A stretch of 60,679 bases of DNA, filler included, from Jimgerdemannia flammicorona (taxonomy: Eukaryota): the NCBI GenBank assembly GCA_003990765.1. It is 2 parts of 2 records of this genome, joined end to end, with 100 filler letters (N's around TTAATTAATTAA, not from the genome) between each part and the next. Parts side by side here need not be neighbours in the genome. Positions count along the whole stretch, not along the records: positions 30,412 to 60,679 come from RBNJ01000451.1; 1 more part is not named here. One strand, written 5' to 3'. Both the position numbers and the translations under genes were made by a program. The notes beneath the pieces are model-generated. The model was given only the letters and a program-made list of their open reading frames with translations, had not been told where the DNA came from and ran no database searches. Positions 37,558 to 51,190 of the stretch are shown in pieces (within the stretch, counting starts at the first letter, position 1; the number at the start of each line of letters is the position of its first letter).

Positions 37558-40500
37558 ATGAACAGTACAACCAACATTTTTTCCTTGAATGTAAATGGGC
37601 TAAGGGGATCTGGGCAGTGTAGGAACATTTTTACTTGGCTCAAGAGATTGGAGGCTGATCTCTTTTTATTGCAGGATGTTCGATGTGAGAATGAGGACAA
37701 TTGGGCAGAGTGGACTAGGGAGTGGGGGGGGGCTGCTGCTTGGTTTGGAAAGATAGCAATTCTGGTAAGGAAGGGCAGAGGAGACTTGGGGGGAATCAGG
37801 AGCTGGGGCAATTGCTTGGTCTGGGGAGATTGGTATCGGCCAGAGTGGGAATCGGTGAAGGTGGGCTCTTGCTACTGCCCTGCAGCTAGGGGTGAGAGAA
37901 TTGCATGGATTAGGAGATTAGGGGATTGCTGGAGGAGGGTATTCTCTTGGAGGAAGGGGTCAATGTTCTCGGTGGAGACTTTAATATGGTTTGGGATCAG
38001 CATCTGAACAGAACTGATGGAGGGAGGAGTGCTGGGGGTAGAAGTGGAGGTCTGGATACATGGGAGGAGGTGGAGACATTGAGCTCCTTGGGGGATGTGG
38101 GCAGAATGAGGTGGGGTGACACCAGGGTTTACATGCATTGGGTGAATGGCCTGGGCACAAGGATTGACTGGATTCTGATGGCGGAGTGCTGGGGTTCAGA
38201 TGTTTGGAAGGCATTGGAAGTTGAGTGGTGCCCATGGTCTGATCACTGGGGACTGTTGGGGCAGGGGCAGTTTGGGGGGAGTGGAGATGGACCCAGACAT
38301 TGGCACCTTAACTCCTCCCTGCTGGCTGAGAAGGGGCTGTGGGAACTGTGGGTGGAGGACATTCAGGCAAAAGTTTTTATCTGGAAGCATGAGGGTTTGC
38401 CTGTGGCTGTCCACTGGATGAGATTGAAAGAGGCTGCGAGGGTTTACTGGGGAGAGGCTGGTAGAGAGGCTGGGAGGTAGAGAAGGAGGTACACGAGGTG
38501 TACTTCCAGCAGGCTGAGGAGACTACAAATAGATTGGGCAGATTTGCTCACTGTTGTAGGGGTGGAGGATTGGAGGATAGAGAGAGTGAAATTGGAGATA
38601 GTGGAACTACAACAGGTGCTGAGGGAAGAGGAGGAGACCCATATGCAAGATGTGGCTGCTAGGCTGTAGTGGCAGGGGCTTGAGGAGAGTGAGTGGCCTA
38701 CTAGGTACTTATCGAGATTTCTCAAAGCTAGGAGAGTGCATTATTGATAGGATGGGGTCCTGGATGCTGATGGGGATATGGTTCACAGCATGCAACAAAT
38801 CCTGGGGGTCTTGAAGGAGAGATGGCAGGGTTTGTGGAGTGAGGGAGAAGGGGGTGCAGATGAGGCAGAGATTGTAAATATACTAGATGAGTGGGGGCCA
38901 CTGCAGGTTGCTGGACTGAGGGACTTGATCTTACCAGTACAGGGGGAGGAGATCCAGAGTGTCCTGGCAGCAACTAAGCTTGGGACGGCACCAGGGGAGG
39001 ATGGATTGCCTTGGGACTTCTGGAAGAAGATGGTAAATGTCCCCAGAGTGTTGGGCAAGATGGCTGATCTTTGTGACCATGTCCTTCAGAGTGGTGAGTG
39101 GATTGGAGAGCAGGATCTGGGGCTGGTGGCCTAACTGTACAAAGACAAGGGAAGGAGGGAAGACTGAAAGAACTGGAGGCCAATCATGCTTCTGGATATG
39201 GACAGGAAGATGGTGATGAAGGTGATTGTCACAAGACTACAGAAGGTTGCTCAACAGGTACTGGGGGAAGAGCAGAGGGGCTTCGTTGGGGGCAGGCTAA
39301 TAAGAGATGGGACTGCATGGGTTCATGATGTCATTGAAGGGGCTCGGGCCTGTGGACTGGATGGAAGGTTGGTCTTTCTGGACCAGGAGAAGGCCTATGA
39401 CTGTGTATAGCGGGTGTGGCTGGGAAAGGTGTTGGACTGAATTGGTGTTCCCCCAACATTTAGGGCCTCTATGTTGAGTCTGCTGGAAAGTAGTCAGGCA
39501 GCTCTGACATATAATGGTTACTGTGGGAGGGCATTTCCCTTGGGAAGAGGAGTACCTCAGGGGGACCCTCTATCCCTAATTCTCTATGCCCTATCACTGG
39601 AGCCATTGATAGATAGGATTCACTGGAAGGTAGGAGGGGCTCTCTATATATGGTATAGTGTGGAAGGTGGGTGCCTTTGCTGATGACATGTTGGTTGGAC
39701 TTGGGTCTGTGGCAGATGTAGAGGCACTTCAGGAGATTGTGGAATGGTATGAGGCTCACTTAGGGGTGAAACTCAACTGGCATAAGTGTGAGACAATGGT
39801 GCTTGGGAATGGGCTAGTGGGTGGGGACGTCATTGGAACAATTGTCCCTACTGGTGAGGTGGTGCGGTACCTGGGCATCTTCCTCTCTGTATATGGTTCT
39901 GTCTTGCCATGAGTGTAGTGGGAGGGCAGGGTGAATAGTTGGGGGGAGGCCCTTTGAGGATGGGGAGGCCGCCATATCTCTCTAGCAGAGCAGGTGTCGA
40001 TTCTGAATGTATATTGGTTCCCAAAGCTGTAGTATGTGGCATATCACCTCGACTTCTCAGCATGGGTGGTGAAGAAGCTGATGAAGGTGGCTAGGGATTG
40101 GATTTGGGCGGGGAGGAGGTCCCAGGTCAGTTGGGATACTCTTGCGAGACCAGTAGTCAGGGGAGGTCTTGGTCTGGTGGATTTCTCTAAGAGGCTGCAC
40201 TGCTTGGGAGCCTGGTGGTTGAAGAGAGCTGTGGAATTGCAGGGCAGAGGTTGGGTGCCTCTGCTGCAGAAGGTATGAGAGATGCAAACATCCCCCCGAG
40301 GGTCCTCCGGAGATCTGCTCTCTTTGGTGGGGCTGAATGGAGTTCGGAGGCTGCAGTTCAAGGGCTTTTGGTGGGGAGTGGCTGATGGAGCACACTGAAT
40401 AGGCCTGCACTGGCAAGGTAATGAGGGGGAGGTGGCGTGGGGGCCTAATATGTGGTGTTGGGATAGACTGCTCCTGGGGGGTACTCCACTGGCTGTGTTT

Positions 40501-41073
40501 GATATTGGGGAGAGAGTGGAGTGTCAGCAGGGGCTTGGCCAGGACCTTTGGCTGAGTGGCTGGCAGGCAGTTGGAATCGGAGAGGAGTGGGACTGGGCAG
40601 GCATCTGGTCTTGGAGTACTGAGGTACAGAGGTGGCTTCCTCCCAAGTTCTGGGTGGTATGGTGGCAAATGTTGCAGAGAAATATCATACTGAATTTCCA
40701 CTTGGGGTATTTAGTAGAGAGTGGACAATTTGACTGTGAGGAGTGTTACGATGTTGGGCAGGCTGGGGGTCATGTACAGATGCCGGAACATTGGCTGGGA
40801 GAGTGTGAGGTCTTGGGGAAATTTTGGGCTGAGATAGGAGATAGACTGAGTGTCAGGCATCAGCAGGTGAGAGAGGGGGGTCACTGGGAGGACTTAAGAT
40901 CTCAGCTTGTAGGTGGGGTGGGGGATAGTTGGCTCACTATAGGATGGGTGTTAGCAGTATGGATGGGACTGGCAGGCCATTGGCTTTTTGTATTTGAGAA
41001 GGGGCAGTGGTTGGGGCTGTGTGAGAAGGTGTTAAGGTGGGAGGAGCTGGTGGGAGATCTGCTGACTGGATAG
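37558..41073 (+). pseudogene. LINE ORF2 (APE, RT, C-terminal Cys/His motif)
   Basis: NIFSLNVNGLRG, GGDFN, RIDW, SDH, APGEDG, FLDQEKAYD, GVPQGDPLS, FADD, CEEC...EHWLGEC. Confidence 0.92.
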
Positions 41074-41835
41074 TGGGTGGGTTGGGGTCCTCAGGGGGGA
41101 TGACATCATGGTTTGGTGATGAAGATCTGTGAGCAGAGTGGTGGGAGGGTGGGGATAGTGTTTGACAAAGTAGTCTTTCACAGAGAAGGGGTAAGAGGGG
41201 AGAGCCCCCCTAGGAGGATTGGATAGGGGGTGGGATCATTGTAATTATATAGGATAGATGGGTATTAATAAAGGATGGGAGTCTAAGCAACTATAAAAAA
41301 AAAAAGTTCTACATGACTGCATTCTGACTCAGCAAGGTACTTAGTGCTACATCCATATCTAGCATAGTCCAGATAGCCCCTTACCAGTATAAATACCCCC
41401 TCTCTCAGCACTTCCCCACAATATCCCCTTACACAGCTACTCCTAGTACAGCAATATCATAAATAGCGAATAAACCTATTTAATAACCCACAAACTACTC
41501 TTAAGTAAATCCACTCCCCATTAGGTCCCACTCCTAACCCCATCATGAAATTTCCTAATTGGGTATTGTCTGCAGTGATACACTGATTAAACTAAGCTGG
41601 TCTTAGTTTCTTGAACTTCCTGAAATATGGAAAATCCTGAACATCCAGAACTAGTCTGAAAAAGGACTTTGGTTGAGACATCAATCCAATCTTGACATCA
41701 ATAAGCATAGAGAACGTACTCCATATAAAATTGATCTTGACCATAAGAAAACAGTCTTCCAGAATATCCAGAACTTCCAGAAAACCCTTCTAGAACTACA
41801 TAATGGTTACTCTAAAAAGAAACCCTCTTATAACT

Positions 41836-41844
41836 TGGTAGCAG
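41836..41844 (+). other. Primer binding site, consistent with initiator tRNA-Met
   Basis: TGGTAGCAG 3 nt after the LTR end, complementary to a ...CUGCUACCA tRNA 3' end. Confidence 0.65.
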
Positions 41845-42794
41845 TGGTTTACAATCCAATTTCACTTCAAGATACTTCCTCATTCTACTATAAACCCTTC
41901 TGAGAATTCCTACAAGTTGGTATAAAGCCCAACCTCTGAACTGAAATTTATCCTAAACCATCTGACAATCTGGAGAGAATTGAACCTGATATACAAGGAC
42001 AATTTGACCTCTATGCCTGCAACAAGTGGGACAAACTTTATTTGAAAAAAGAAGTACTCTGACTAAACTGGCAAATAGGTGAAACCCTATTCACTGAACT
42101 CCTTGTACTATACCCAGTAAGTCAAGATGAAGAAGGTCTTATTGAAGCCTTCTTTACTCTTCTCAACAAGAGTTTTGTTGGCTCAACAAATCCGAGCAAC
42201 CTAGGACAATCAGCAGCTGTCTTTCTAGCCTTAGTTCCTCATAAAGCCCAAGCCTCTGTAGCCAAGTGGCTCAACTCTACCGATTTTCACCATACCAGGA
42301 CCAAGACTGCATTATACTACCAATTCCAGAACAGCAAGGCCCACCATATTCTTAAAGAAGAAGCAAGAGAAACCCTTCATTAACTACCTGACCCTGAACC
42401 TGAAGCAGGCCCTGCTACAGCTATACCTGAATCTGAAACTAACAATGAACCTGAACTTGACTTTGAATTAAGTCCATCTGAAATCAGATATACAACTGAT
42501 TCTGTCTACTTCAATGCCGAGCAAACCCAATTACACGGGGACCAAACCGAAGAGGAGGAGGAGTATCTCAGTGAATTCGATTCCAGATATACTACTGAAG
42601 GAGAAGTACCTCCATCAGAACAGAATACACATATACAGCAACAAACAGTTATCTATCAAGCCCTCACTCCAGACCCACAACTACTACTCCAGCAACTTAC
42701 ACAGACCCAAAGAACCCCATTACACTCTGCACCAGTACCTCAAATAGTATCAGTAATACCACTACCAGTAGTCCAACCACCTCCAGTAAACAAC

Positions 42795-43790
42795 ATGGCA
42801 AACCAACAGATTCTAGACCTTACAGCCCAGGTAGCAATAATGGCAGCAACTATTACTGCCTTAGCTGAACAGACCCAATCAACCAAAAATCTGAGCCTAC
42901 TTACCTTCAAAAGTACTGCACAAGAAGTCCAAAGCTTCATTAGTGTAGTTGATACCAACTTCGAAGCCAATCAATGGACCAATGAGCAAGTTACTGATCA
43001 TGTTCTGATAAACAATCAAAACTACACTCTGGAACAACTCTTTGCTACCACTACAGCCTATTTCTGTCAAGTTGTTACATTCTTCCAAGGACCTGATGAA
43101 GAATGGTAGTGAACCCTTTCTGAAAAACCCATTACATAGGATGCCCGACCTGCAGTAGTTGCTCAGAATGTAGCAAACAATACCCCAGGATATAGAGCCC
43201 ATCCTGCAGCCCCTGAACTCAAACAACTCATGATTGCCCAATACTACAGTGAAACTACAATTGCTGAATCACGAGTAAAACTCCACAACCTCAAATTTGA
43301 TGTATATAGCAAAGAAGAATTCAAAACCTTCTATACAAAACTTGAGTCACTCCTGAACACTGTTGGTCTAGGATATATCACTAATGATGAAGCACAAAAT
43401 GATACAAGAGCAGATCATTTATTTGATGCCCTGCCTGAATGGCTTACTAGAAAAATCCAAGAACAAGGCCACCCAGTTGGTTGTGATTACCAACAATAGT
43501 GCCTGGCAAGAATTAAGACTATGGTCAAGCGAATCATAACAGCTGGACCAATTCTGCCCTAAAGACAATTCAACAATAAGGAAAAGACTTGGACCAAGAA
43601 AGAAGAACCCAAGCATGAAGCATCCCAAGCTCCCTCTGCATCCACCTCTTGGACACCTAGAAATTATAAACCCACCCAGCCAAGAACCTTTAAAAAACTC
43701 ACTGAAGGCAAAAGGAATGAACTTTGAAGAAGTGGAGCATGCTTCTATTGCTGAAAGACAGGACATATGGCCAGTGCCTACCCTAACTGA
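42795..43790 (+). pseudogene. gag core with CCHC zinc knuckle (element B)
   Basis: Fragments 42795-43109 and 43230-43499. Decayed CFYCxKTGHMASAxP at ~43740-43785. Confidence 0.75.
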
Positions 43791-43856
43791 AAATTCCGAA
43801 CAGCAATACAAGCAACTGTTACCACTCTGCACCACCTCAACAACCTGATCATCAGA

Positions 43857-44270
43857 ATACTAGACTTTGTCAAGTTAAGACAAACTGCTAAGGCCCCAAC
43901 CAAAGGAAGTCAAAAAGTAGCTGGATATGACCTGTATGTAGCTGAAGAAGCTACAGTTTCCAACCGAGAAGTTAAACAAGTCTATACAGGAATCAGCATC
44001 CAAATTCCTAAAGGATATGTTGGAAGAATATACTGTTGCAGCAGCCTAGCATTGAAAGGACACTCAGTAGAAGGAGGAGTTATTGATGAAGATTATACAG
44101 GTGAAATCATTGCCCTCATTCGAAACCACAATTGGACACCCTTCAAGATCCCTATAGATTTCTGTATTGCCCAGATTCTATTTGAAAAAATTGAGTCAAC
44201 TCTGACAGTCAAGGAAGTCCCTGAACTACTGCCTACCATCTGAGGATCCAAAGGATTTGGCTCATCAAAC
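43857..44270 (+). pseudogene. dut: dUTPase domain between gag and protease (element B)
   Basis: All five motifs recognisable: AGYDL, (R)SSLA, GGVIDEDYTGEI, IAQILF, (R)GSKGFGSS. Confidence 0.92.
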
Positions 44271-44439
44271 AAGGCCCCAGCCCAACCTACTATGAGCAAA
44301 GAAGAACAATTCTTCAAGAAGATCGAAGATGGATATGTACCAAGTGGCCGATGCCCTCATGGCATTAAAGAAGAACCAACAGAAGAAAAGGTCCTATAAC
44401 CAAAATCACCACCATTGGATCAGACAAACTACTTACACT

Positions 44440-47400
44440 TAAAGTTTTTATCAACCAAGCACCTGTCAAGATTATGATAGACAGTGGTACCTCAGGCAAC
44501 TTTATCAATAAAGAGACAGCCAACAGACTCAAAGTCTTCACCTCTCCAGTACAGCAAACTCAAGCAGTTGCTACAGCTGATGGAACCTCACATATTATTA
44601 GCAAAGAAGTCTGCAATCTACCCTTCCGAATTGGTGACTACTGAGTATATGTTACCCTCCAAATTATACCACTTCCTGACAATGAAATCATCCTTGGGAT
44701 TCCATGGTTAAAACAAGAGAACCCCATGATCGATTGGGTAAACCATTTCTCTGACCATCAAGAAAGGATGCCACAACTTCAAACTACAAGGCAAAAAGGA
44801 CCCACTTAATTCTAGTGACCCTGGACCAAAGATCACCTACATCAATAAGCTATAACTCAAGAAATTGGCCAAGAAATGCCCTCTCTTTGCCATTGCCATC
44901 TGTTTATCCAAAGGAGAACCCGAGAACTCTGAAGAAAACTTTTCCAAAGTTAATAGCCATGTCAGACCACTACTCCAGAAATTTCGAGACATATTTCCAA
45001 AGAAACTCCCAAAAGGCCTACCTCCTAAACAAGCAGTAGACCATGCCATTAAGACTATCCCAGATGCCAAACCAGCCTTCAAGTCAATCTACCACATATC
45101 TCCAAGAGAAATTGATACACTTAAGAAAGAAATCAATGAACTCCTAGAACAAGGATTCATCAGACCCAGTGTATTACTCTATGGTGTACCAGTCCTCTTT
45201 GCTGTAAAGAAAGGAGGAGACCTGAGAATGTACATTGATTACCATGACCTCAATGAACAGACCATCAAGAACTGTTGCCCACTACCGAGGATTGACGAAA
45301 TATTCAATAGACTTACTAACTCACAATTTATGAGCTCCTTCGATCTGTGAAATAGTTATTGGCAAATTGCTATAAAAGAAGAAGACATCTACAAGATAGC
45401 TTTCCAAACTCGCTATGGACACTTTGAGTTCCTGATTATGCCCTTTGGCTTAACTAATGCTCCAGCAACCTTCCAGACATTGATAAATACCATTCTGTAT
45501 CTATACCTGGACAAATTTATTATTGTCTATATTGATGACATCCTAGTCTTCAGCAAAACCCTGGAGGAACATCTCGAACACCTTGAACTAGTACTACTGA
45601 AACTCCGAGAAAACCAACTCTTTGCAAAACTCAGCAAGTATGAGTTTCTCTTAAAAGAAATCCAATTTCTTGGACATATTATCACACCAAATAGAATTAA
45701 AGTGGACCCTAGCAAAATCTCTGCAATCAAAGATTGGCCCAGACCCAAGAAGCTGAAAGACCTTCAGTCATTTCTGGGATTAGCAAACTATTACAGGCAA
45801 TTTGTTGCCAACTTTGCTAAAATCGCTACCACCCTTACCCAAATGACCAAGTACAGCAAGAAATAAGAATAACTCTGGACCACAAAACAAGAGAAAAACT
45901 TCAACAATCTTGTAAATTGGGGACCCAAGTAAGATACTGCCTTTCAAGCACTGAAAGATGCTTTGACAACCACTCCAGTACTTCAAGCAGCAAATTCTGC
46001 TCTACCATATGAAGTCACTACTGATGCCTCTGACCTAGCCCTTGGAGCAGTACTCATGCAAGAAGGACACCCTGTGGCCTATCACTCTTGCAAGTTCAAT
46101 GATGCTGAAATTAACTATGCAATTCATGAGAAGAAAATGCTAGCCATTGTGGAAACTCTGATTAAATGGCGACCATATCTAAAAGGAGCACACTTTACTG
46201 TATTGACTGACCACAAGTCATTAGTCAACATCAAGACACAGACTACCCTTTCTTGAAAGCAAGCCAGATGGATGAAAGTCCTTACCAACTTTGACTATGA
46301 AATCCAGTACCACTCTGGCAAGGAGAATATTGTTGCTGATGCAATCTCAAGACCACTGATCAAAGAAGTTATTCAAACTCTCACTCTGGTTACTAACTCC
46401 ATCATGGAACAAATTATCACAGCATGTGCTGATGATAAAGAAGCTCAAGCACTCTGAGAAATCCTGAACAGTGATGATGCTGATAAGTATATACAGTATC
46501 ATCAATACCAACTAAAGGACAATGCTATCTACTACAAGGACAGATTGTATGTCCCAAACAACTAAGACCTCCAAAGGACTATCCTATTCGAATGTCATAA
46601 TACTCCTACAGCTGGACATTTAGAATTTGATAAATGTTACAAAGTTATCTCCCGAAACTTCTATTGGTCCTGTATGGCAGATCAGCTTAGTCCTATATCA
46701 CTTCCTGTGATGCCTGCCAAGGGAACAAGTCCTCAACACTAGCAAAACCTGATCTACTCCACCCTATTCCAGTATCATCTACTAATTGGGAATAAATCTC
46801 TATGGACTTCATTGTAAAACTACCCCGAACTAAGAACGGGAAAGATGCAATTATTATCTTTGTAGAAAAAAGCCCACTTTGTGCCTACTACCACTACTGC
46901 AACAGTACCAGACATAGCCACACTCTTGTTTAACCACATCTTCCACTATCATGGTCTTTCTAAGATCATTATTAGTGACTGAGATCCGAAATTCACCAGC
47001 CATTTTTGGAAAGCCCTCTACACATACCTTGGAACAAAACTTGCACTATCCACAGCCTTTCACTCTGAAACTGATGGTCAAATAGAAAGGAACCAAACTC
47101 TGGAACAAATGCTAAGGAACTATGTTTCCTATAGACAAGATGATTGGTATGAACACCTCACCGCAGTTGAGTTTGCCTATAACAATAGCAAGCAAGCCTC
47201 TCTCGAAATGATACCATTTTTTGCCAATACTAGATAAAACCCAAACACTCCTTTGACACTCATCCGAACTACTGAAGAACCCTCTACAGTCGAAGCTGTT
47301 GAAGAATTCCTGCTCCAAATGTGTAATCTAAGCCAGATTACAATTGAGAATTTATTGTGAGCTCAAGAACAACAATCATAGTATGTTAACCAATACCGCC

Positions 47401-47855
47401 GAGAAGAAACCTTTGATATTGGAGAAAAAGTTCTACTAGACATCCAAGGTTACCGAGTTGATAACCTGAAGCACAGACCATCTATGAAGCTGAATAGTAA
47501 GTTTATTGGACTATTCAAAGTCATTGCACAAGTCTCTCCAACTTCCTATAAACTGGTGCTACCAGACACTATTAAGATTCATGCAGTCTTCAATATCCAA
47601 TGTCTCAAGCAATATAATGACAATGATGATGAACTATTTCCAAACTGGACCACCAAACCACCTGCATCTGTCATTATTAATGATCAAGAAGAATACAAAG
47701 TTGAATAAATCCTCAATAAACATGGCCACAAGAACTACCCAGAATACCTTGTCAAATAGAAAGGTTATCTAATCTATGATACAATATAGGAACCCAAGAC
47801 CAATCTCCAAAATACTACCAACTTAGTTCAGAAATATGATTTCTTGAACAACTAA
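44440..47855 (+). pseudogene. pol of element B: protease, RT, RNase H, integrase, chromodomain
   Basis: IMIDSG; LRMYIDYHDLN; MPFGLTNAPATFQ; VYIDDIL; TTDASDLALGAVL; ISMDFI; HSETDGQ; EYKVE.IL...EYLVK.KGY...EP chromodomain. Confidence 0.95.
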
Positions 47856-48277
47856 AATCAAATAGTCCACACCTATCCATACAAACTATATATTATCCTC
47901 CTGAATACTATAATTATCAAAAATCAAGAACTCAGTGAAACAAGATAAGAATACCAACCCTCTAGAAAAATAGCAAAACTGAAAGTAAGCCTATTCTCCC
48001 CATACCACTGGTGGGAAATAGAGTATAGACATTTAAGAAGATTCCTTAGTAAAAATTCTCCAATAGTAAATGATGTCAGAATCACTTCCGGCACACGGCA
48101 TTGAACATATAACTCTTTAATGTATGAATCTAATGTGTTAGGTAACTATACTATGAGCATGCCACTTTCTGAGAAAAATGGACTTTATCAGACTTTTGAT
48201 CTCTCAAATGGTGTAACAATACTAGAACAAAATTAGAAAGCCCCAACAAGGACGTCAAAAGCTGAGAAGGGGAGAGT

Positions 48278-50346
48278 TGTAAGTACATAACCTCCAAGCC
48301 ACTGAAATCACATGTCACCCTCTGAACAAGCCACTGAAATCACATGTGACCTCTAAACAAATCTGGAAATCACTTGCTTGATCATAAAGCTGAGTCAAAT
48401 CAAAGTTACAGTACACAAAGCTGAGTCAATACAAAGTTATGGAATATAAGATTTATATAAACGAAATCTTACTAATTAGGACCAAATGCATATATACTGA
48501 GCACCGAGATGTATCGAATAGAGAACTAAAACAAACAACAACCACAACTTCTGAATATACACAACTATGACCACTGAGATCTATAACTACATCCATGCTG
48601 GCATTTGGAATGTCATTATCAATCGAGCCACACTCCCTCTACCCCTCATGAATATCTATAGTCTAGCACCTCTCTACTTTGTGGAAGCCCAATGGAATGC
48701 CCTGAACATGCTTAGTGAGGCCCACCGAATTGGACAAATCTCAAGCTACTATCAGATCAGCCACCTCCTGGAAGACATGGTTGAATACCACCATGATATA
48801 GACATTACCCAGATATCTCAACACCTGAAGCTCATCACTTGTAAACATTGAGAACTCTTCTATGAGTACAGTACTATTATTCCCTACCTCTGAGTTACCA
48901 CCAGTGAAATGGTTGCTACTCTGTCCTACAGCCAAATCGATGAAATGATACAAGAACTCAACCACAAGTATCTTGAGTATGTTGAAACTATAGACAGAAC
49001 ATTCTCACACCCTGATGACCATATCCTACAAATGTCTCAAGTCAGTTATGCTATGAAGGATATCTATGATATAATCCACTTCGATGAAGATGAAGCAGAA
49101 GACAATAATTCCTCTGATACTGACATGACCTCAAGCCAAGAATCTCTACCAACTCTGATCACACTACCAATCTTGCCAATGAACTTACAATAGTTTATAA
49201 CCATATATGAGACTTATTGAGACAATAACCACTAGTATGAATATCAATCCACATTCACCCCCGACTACTTCAACTATAATAAAGAGACCAGAGAATACAA
49301 CCTGTACCTTCAGACAACCCTTGAGATCAAACCAATAACTCTACCACCTAAGTACTAGTAACATGAACCACAGCTGCCAGCTTACTATAACTCTATGACT
49401 CATAGTGCTATAATTTACAGAAGGTATGCAGACAACGAATCTGATGAAAGTGAAGACAATGCACCCCTCCTTTGCCCACCAATACCTTACCCAGCATATG
49501 AGACTGATGATGCTATCTTGTGGGATGGAGATGAAGTTCCAATGTATTATTACCTTAATGAATAAGGAGAAGTAATCTGTAAACCACTTTTCCTAGATGA
49601 CCACTTTATCAGAGATGATGCAATCGATGATGATGTCATCATGGACTACCCAGATAGTGTCTAAACCTATAAATAGCCTAGCAGTCATAGTATAGTTAGA
49701 TTAGCCTTATACGATATAACTGTGAACTGACTCAGCAGTCAGACGATCTCTTGACATGTCAGATCACACTTGTACTATATGACTGCATTCCAACTCAGCA
49801 AGGTACTTAGTGCTACATCTATATCTAGCATAGTCCAGATAGCCCCTCACCAGTATAAATATTCCCTCCCCCAGACCTCAGAATCTCAGACCTGAACAAT
49901 CCAAACACAACTCCTGAGCACTTCCCCACAATATCCCCTCACACAGCTACTCCTAGTACAGCAATATCATGAATAGTGAATAAACCTATTTAATAATCCA
50001 CAAACCACTCTTAAGTAAATCTACTCCCCATTAGATCCCACTCCTAACCCCATCATGAAATTTCTTAATTGGGTATTGTCTGCAGTGATATGTATGCTGA
50101 TTCAACTAAGCTGGTCTTAGTTTCTTGAACTTCCTGAAATATGAAAAATCCTGAACATCCAGAACTAGTCTGAAAAAGGACTTTAGTTGAGACATTAACC
50201 CAATCTTGAAATCAATAAGTATAGAGGACATATTCTATATGAAATTGATCTTGACCATAAGAAAACAGTCTTCCAGAATATCCAGAACTTCTAGAAAACC
50301 CTTCTAGAACTACATAACAGTTACTCTAAAAAGAAACCCTCTTACA
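48278..50346 (+). repeat. 3' LTR of element B (~2.07 kb)
   Basis: Preceded by PPT GAGAAGGGGAGAGT. TGTAAG...CTTACA termini. Confidence 0.93.
48567..49664 (+). pseudogene. 366-codon frame in U3 of the 3' LTR of element B, acidic, unknown function
   Basis: ORF-track fragments 48567-48851 and 48909-49193 share one frame, which continues to the TAA at 49662-49664. Confidence 0.78.
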
Positions 50347-50777
50347 GATATACTGCCTGAATGGCTTATTAGAAAAATCTGAGAACAAGGCCGCCCAGTT
50401 GGTTATGATAACCAACAATGGTGCCTGGCAAGAATCAAGACTATGGTTAAGCAAATCCTAACAGCTGGACCAATTCTGCCCCAAAGACAGTTCAATAATA
50501 AGAAAAAGACTTGGACTAAGAAAGAAGAACCCAAGCATGAAGCATCCCAAGCTCTCTCCACATCTACCTCATGGACACCCAGAAATCATAAACCCACCCA
50601 GCTGAGTACCTTCAAGAAACTCACTGAAGGAGAAAGGAATGAACTTCAAAGAAGCGGAGCATGCTTCTATTGCCAAAAGACAAGATATATGACCAGTGCC
50701 TGCCCTAACCAAAAATTATGAACAGCAATACAAACAACTGTTACCACTCTGCACACCTCAACAACCTGACCACTAGA

Positions 50778-51190
50778 ATACTAGACTTTGTCAAGTTAAG
50801 ACAAACTGCCAAGGCACCAACCAAAGAAAGTTTAAAGGCAGCTGGATATGACCTATATGCAGCCAAAGAAGCTACAGTTTCCAACTGAGAAGTCAAGTAA
50901 GTCTATATAAGAATCAGCATGCAAATCCCTGAAGGACATGTTGGAAGAATATACTGTCGCAGCAGCCTAGTATTGAAAGGACTCTCAGTAGAAGGAGGAG
51001 TCATTGATGAAGATTATACAGGTGAAATTATTATCCTCATCTGAAACCATAGTTGGACACCCTTCAAGATTCACATTGGTTTCTGTATTGCCCAGATTCT
51101 ATTTGAAAAAATCGAGTCAACTCTGACAGTCAAGGAAGTCCCTGAACTACTACCCACTATCCAAGGATCCAAGAGATTTAGCTCATCAAA
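50778..51190 (+). pseudogene. dut: dUTPase domain of element A
   Basis: AAGYDLY, CRSSL, GGVIDEDYTGEI, IAQILFE. Paralogous to 43857-44270. Confidence 0.9.

Larger units (their letters stand above)
35411..41305 (+). mobile_element. Full-length LINE (L1/Tx1-like) inserted in the 5' LTR of element B
   Basis: TSD GTACTATATGACTGCAT (35394-35410) / GTTCTACATGACTGCAT (41306-41322). Poly(A) at 41295-41305. ORF1 and ORF2 remnants. Confidence 0.95.
33900..50346 (+). mobile_element. Ty3/Gypsy chromovirus B, full length, decayed
   Basis: LTRs 33900-41832 (interrupted by the LINE) and 48278-50346. TSD GATAC/GATAT, PBS, PPT. Domain order gag-CCHC-dUTPase-PR-RT-RH-IN-chromodomain. Confidence 0.95.
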
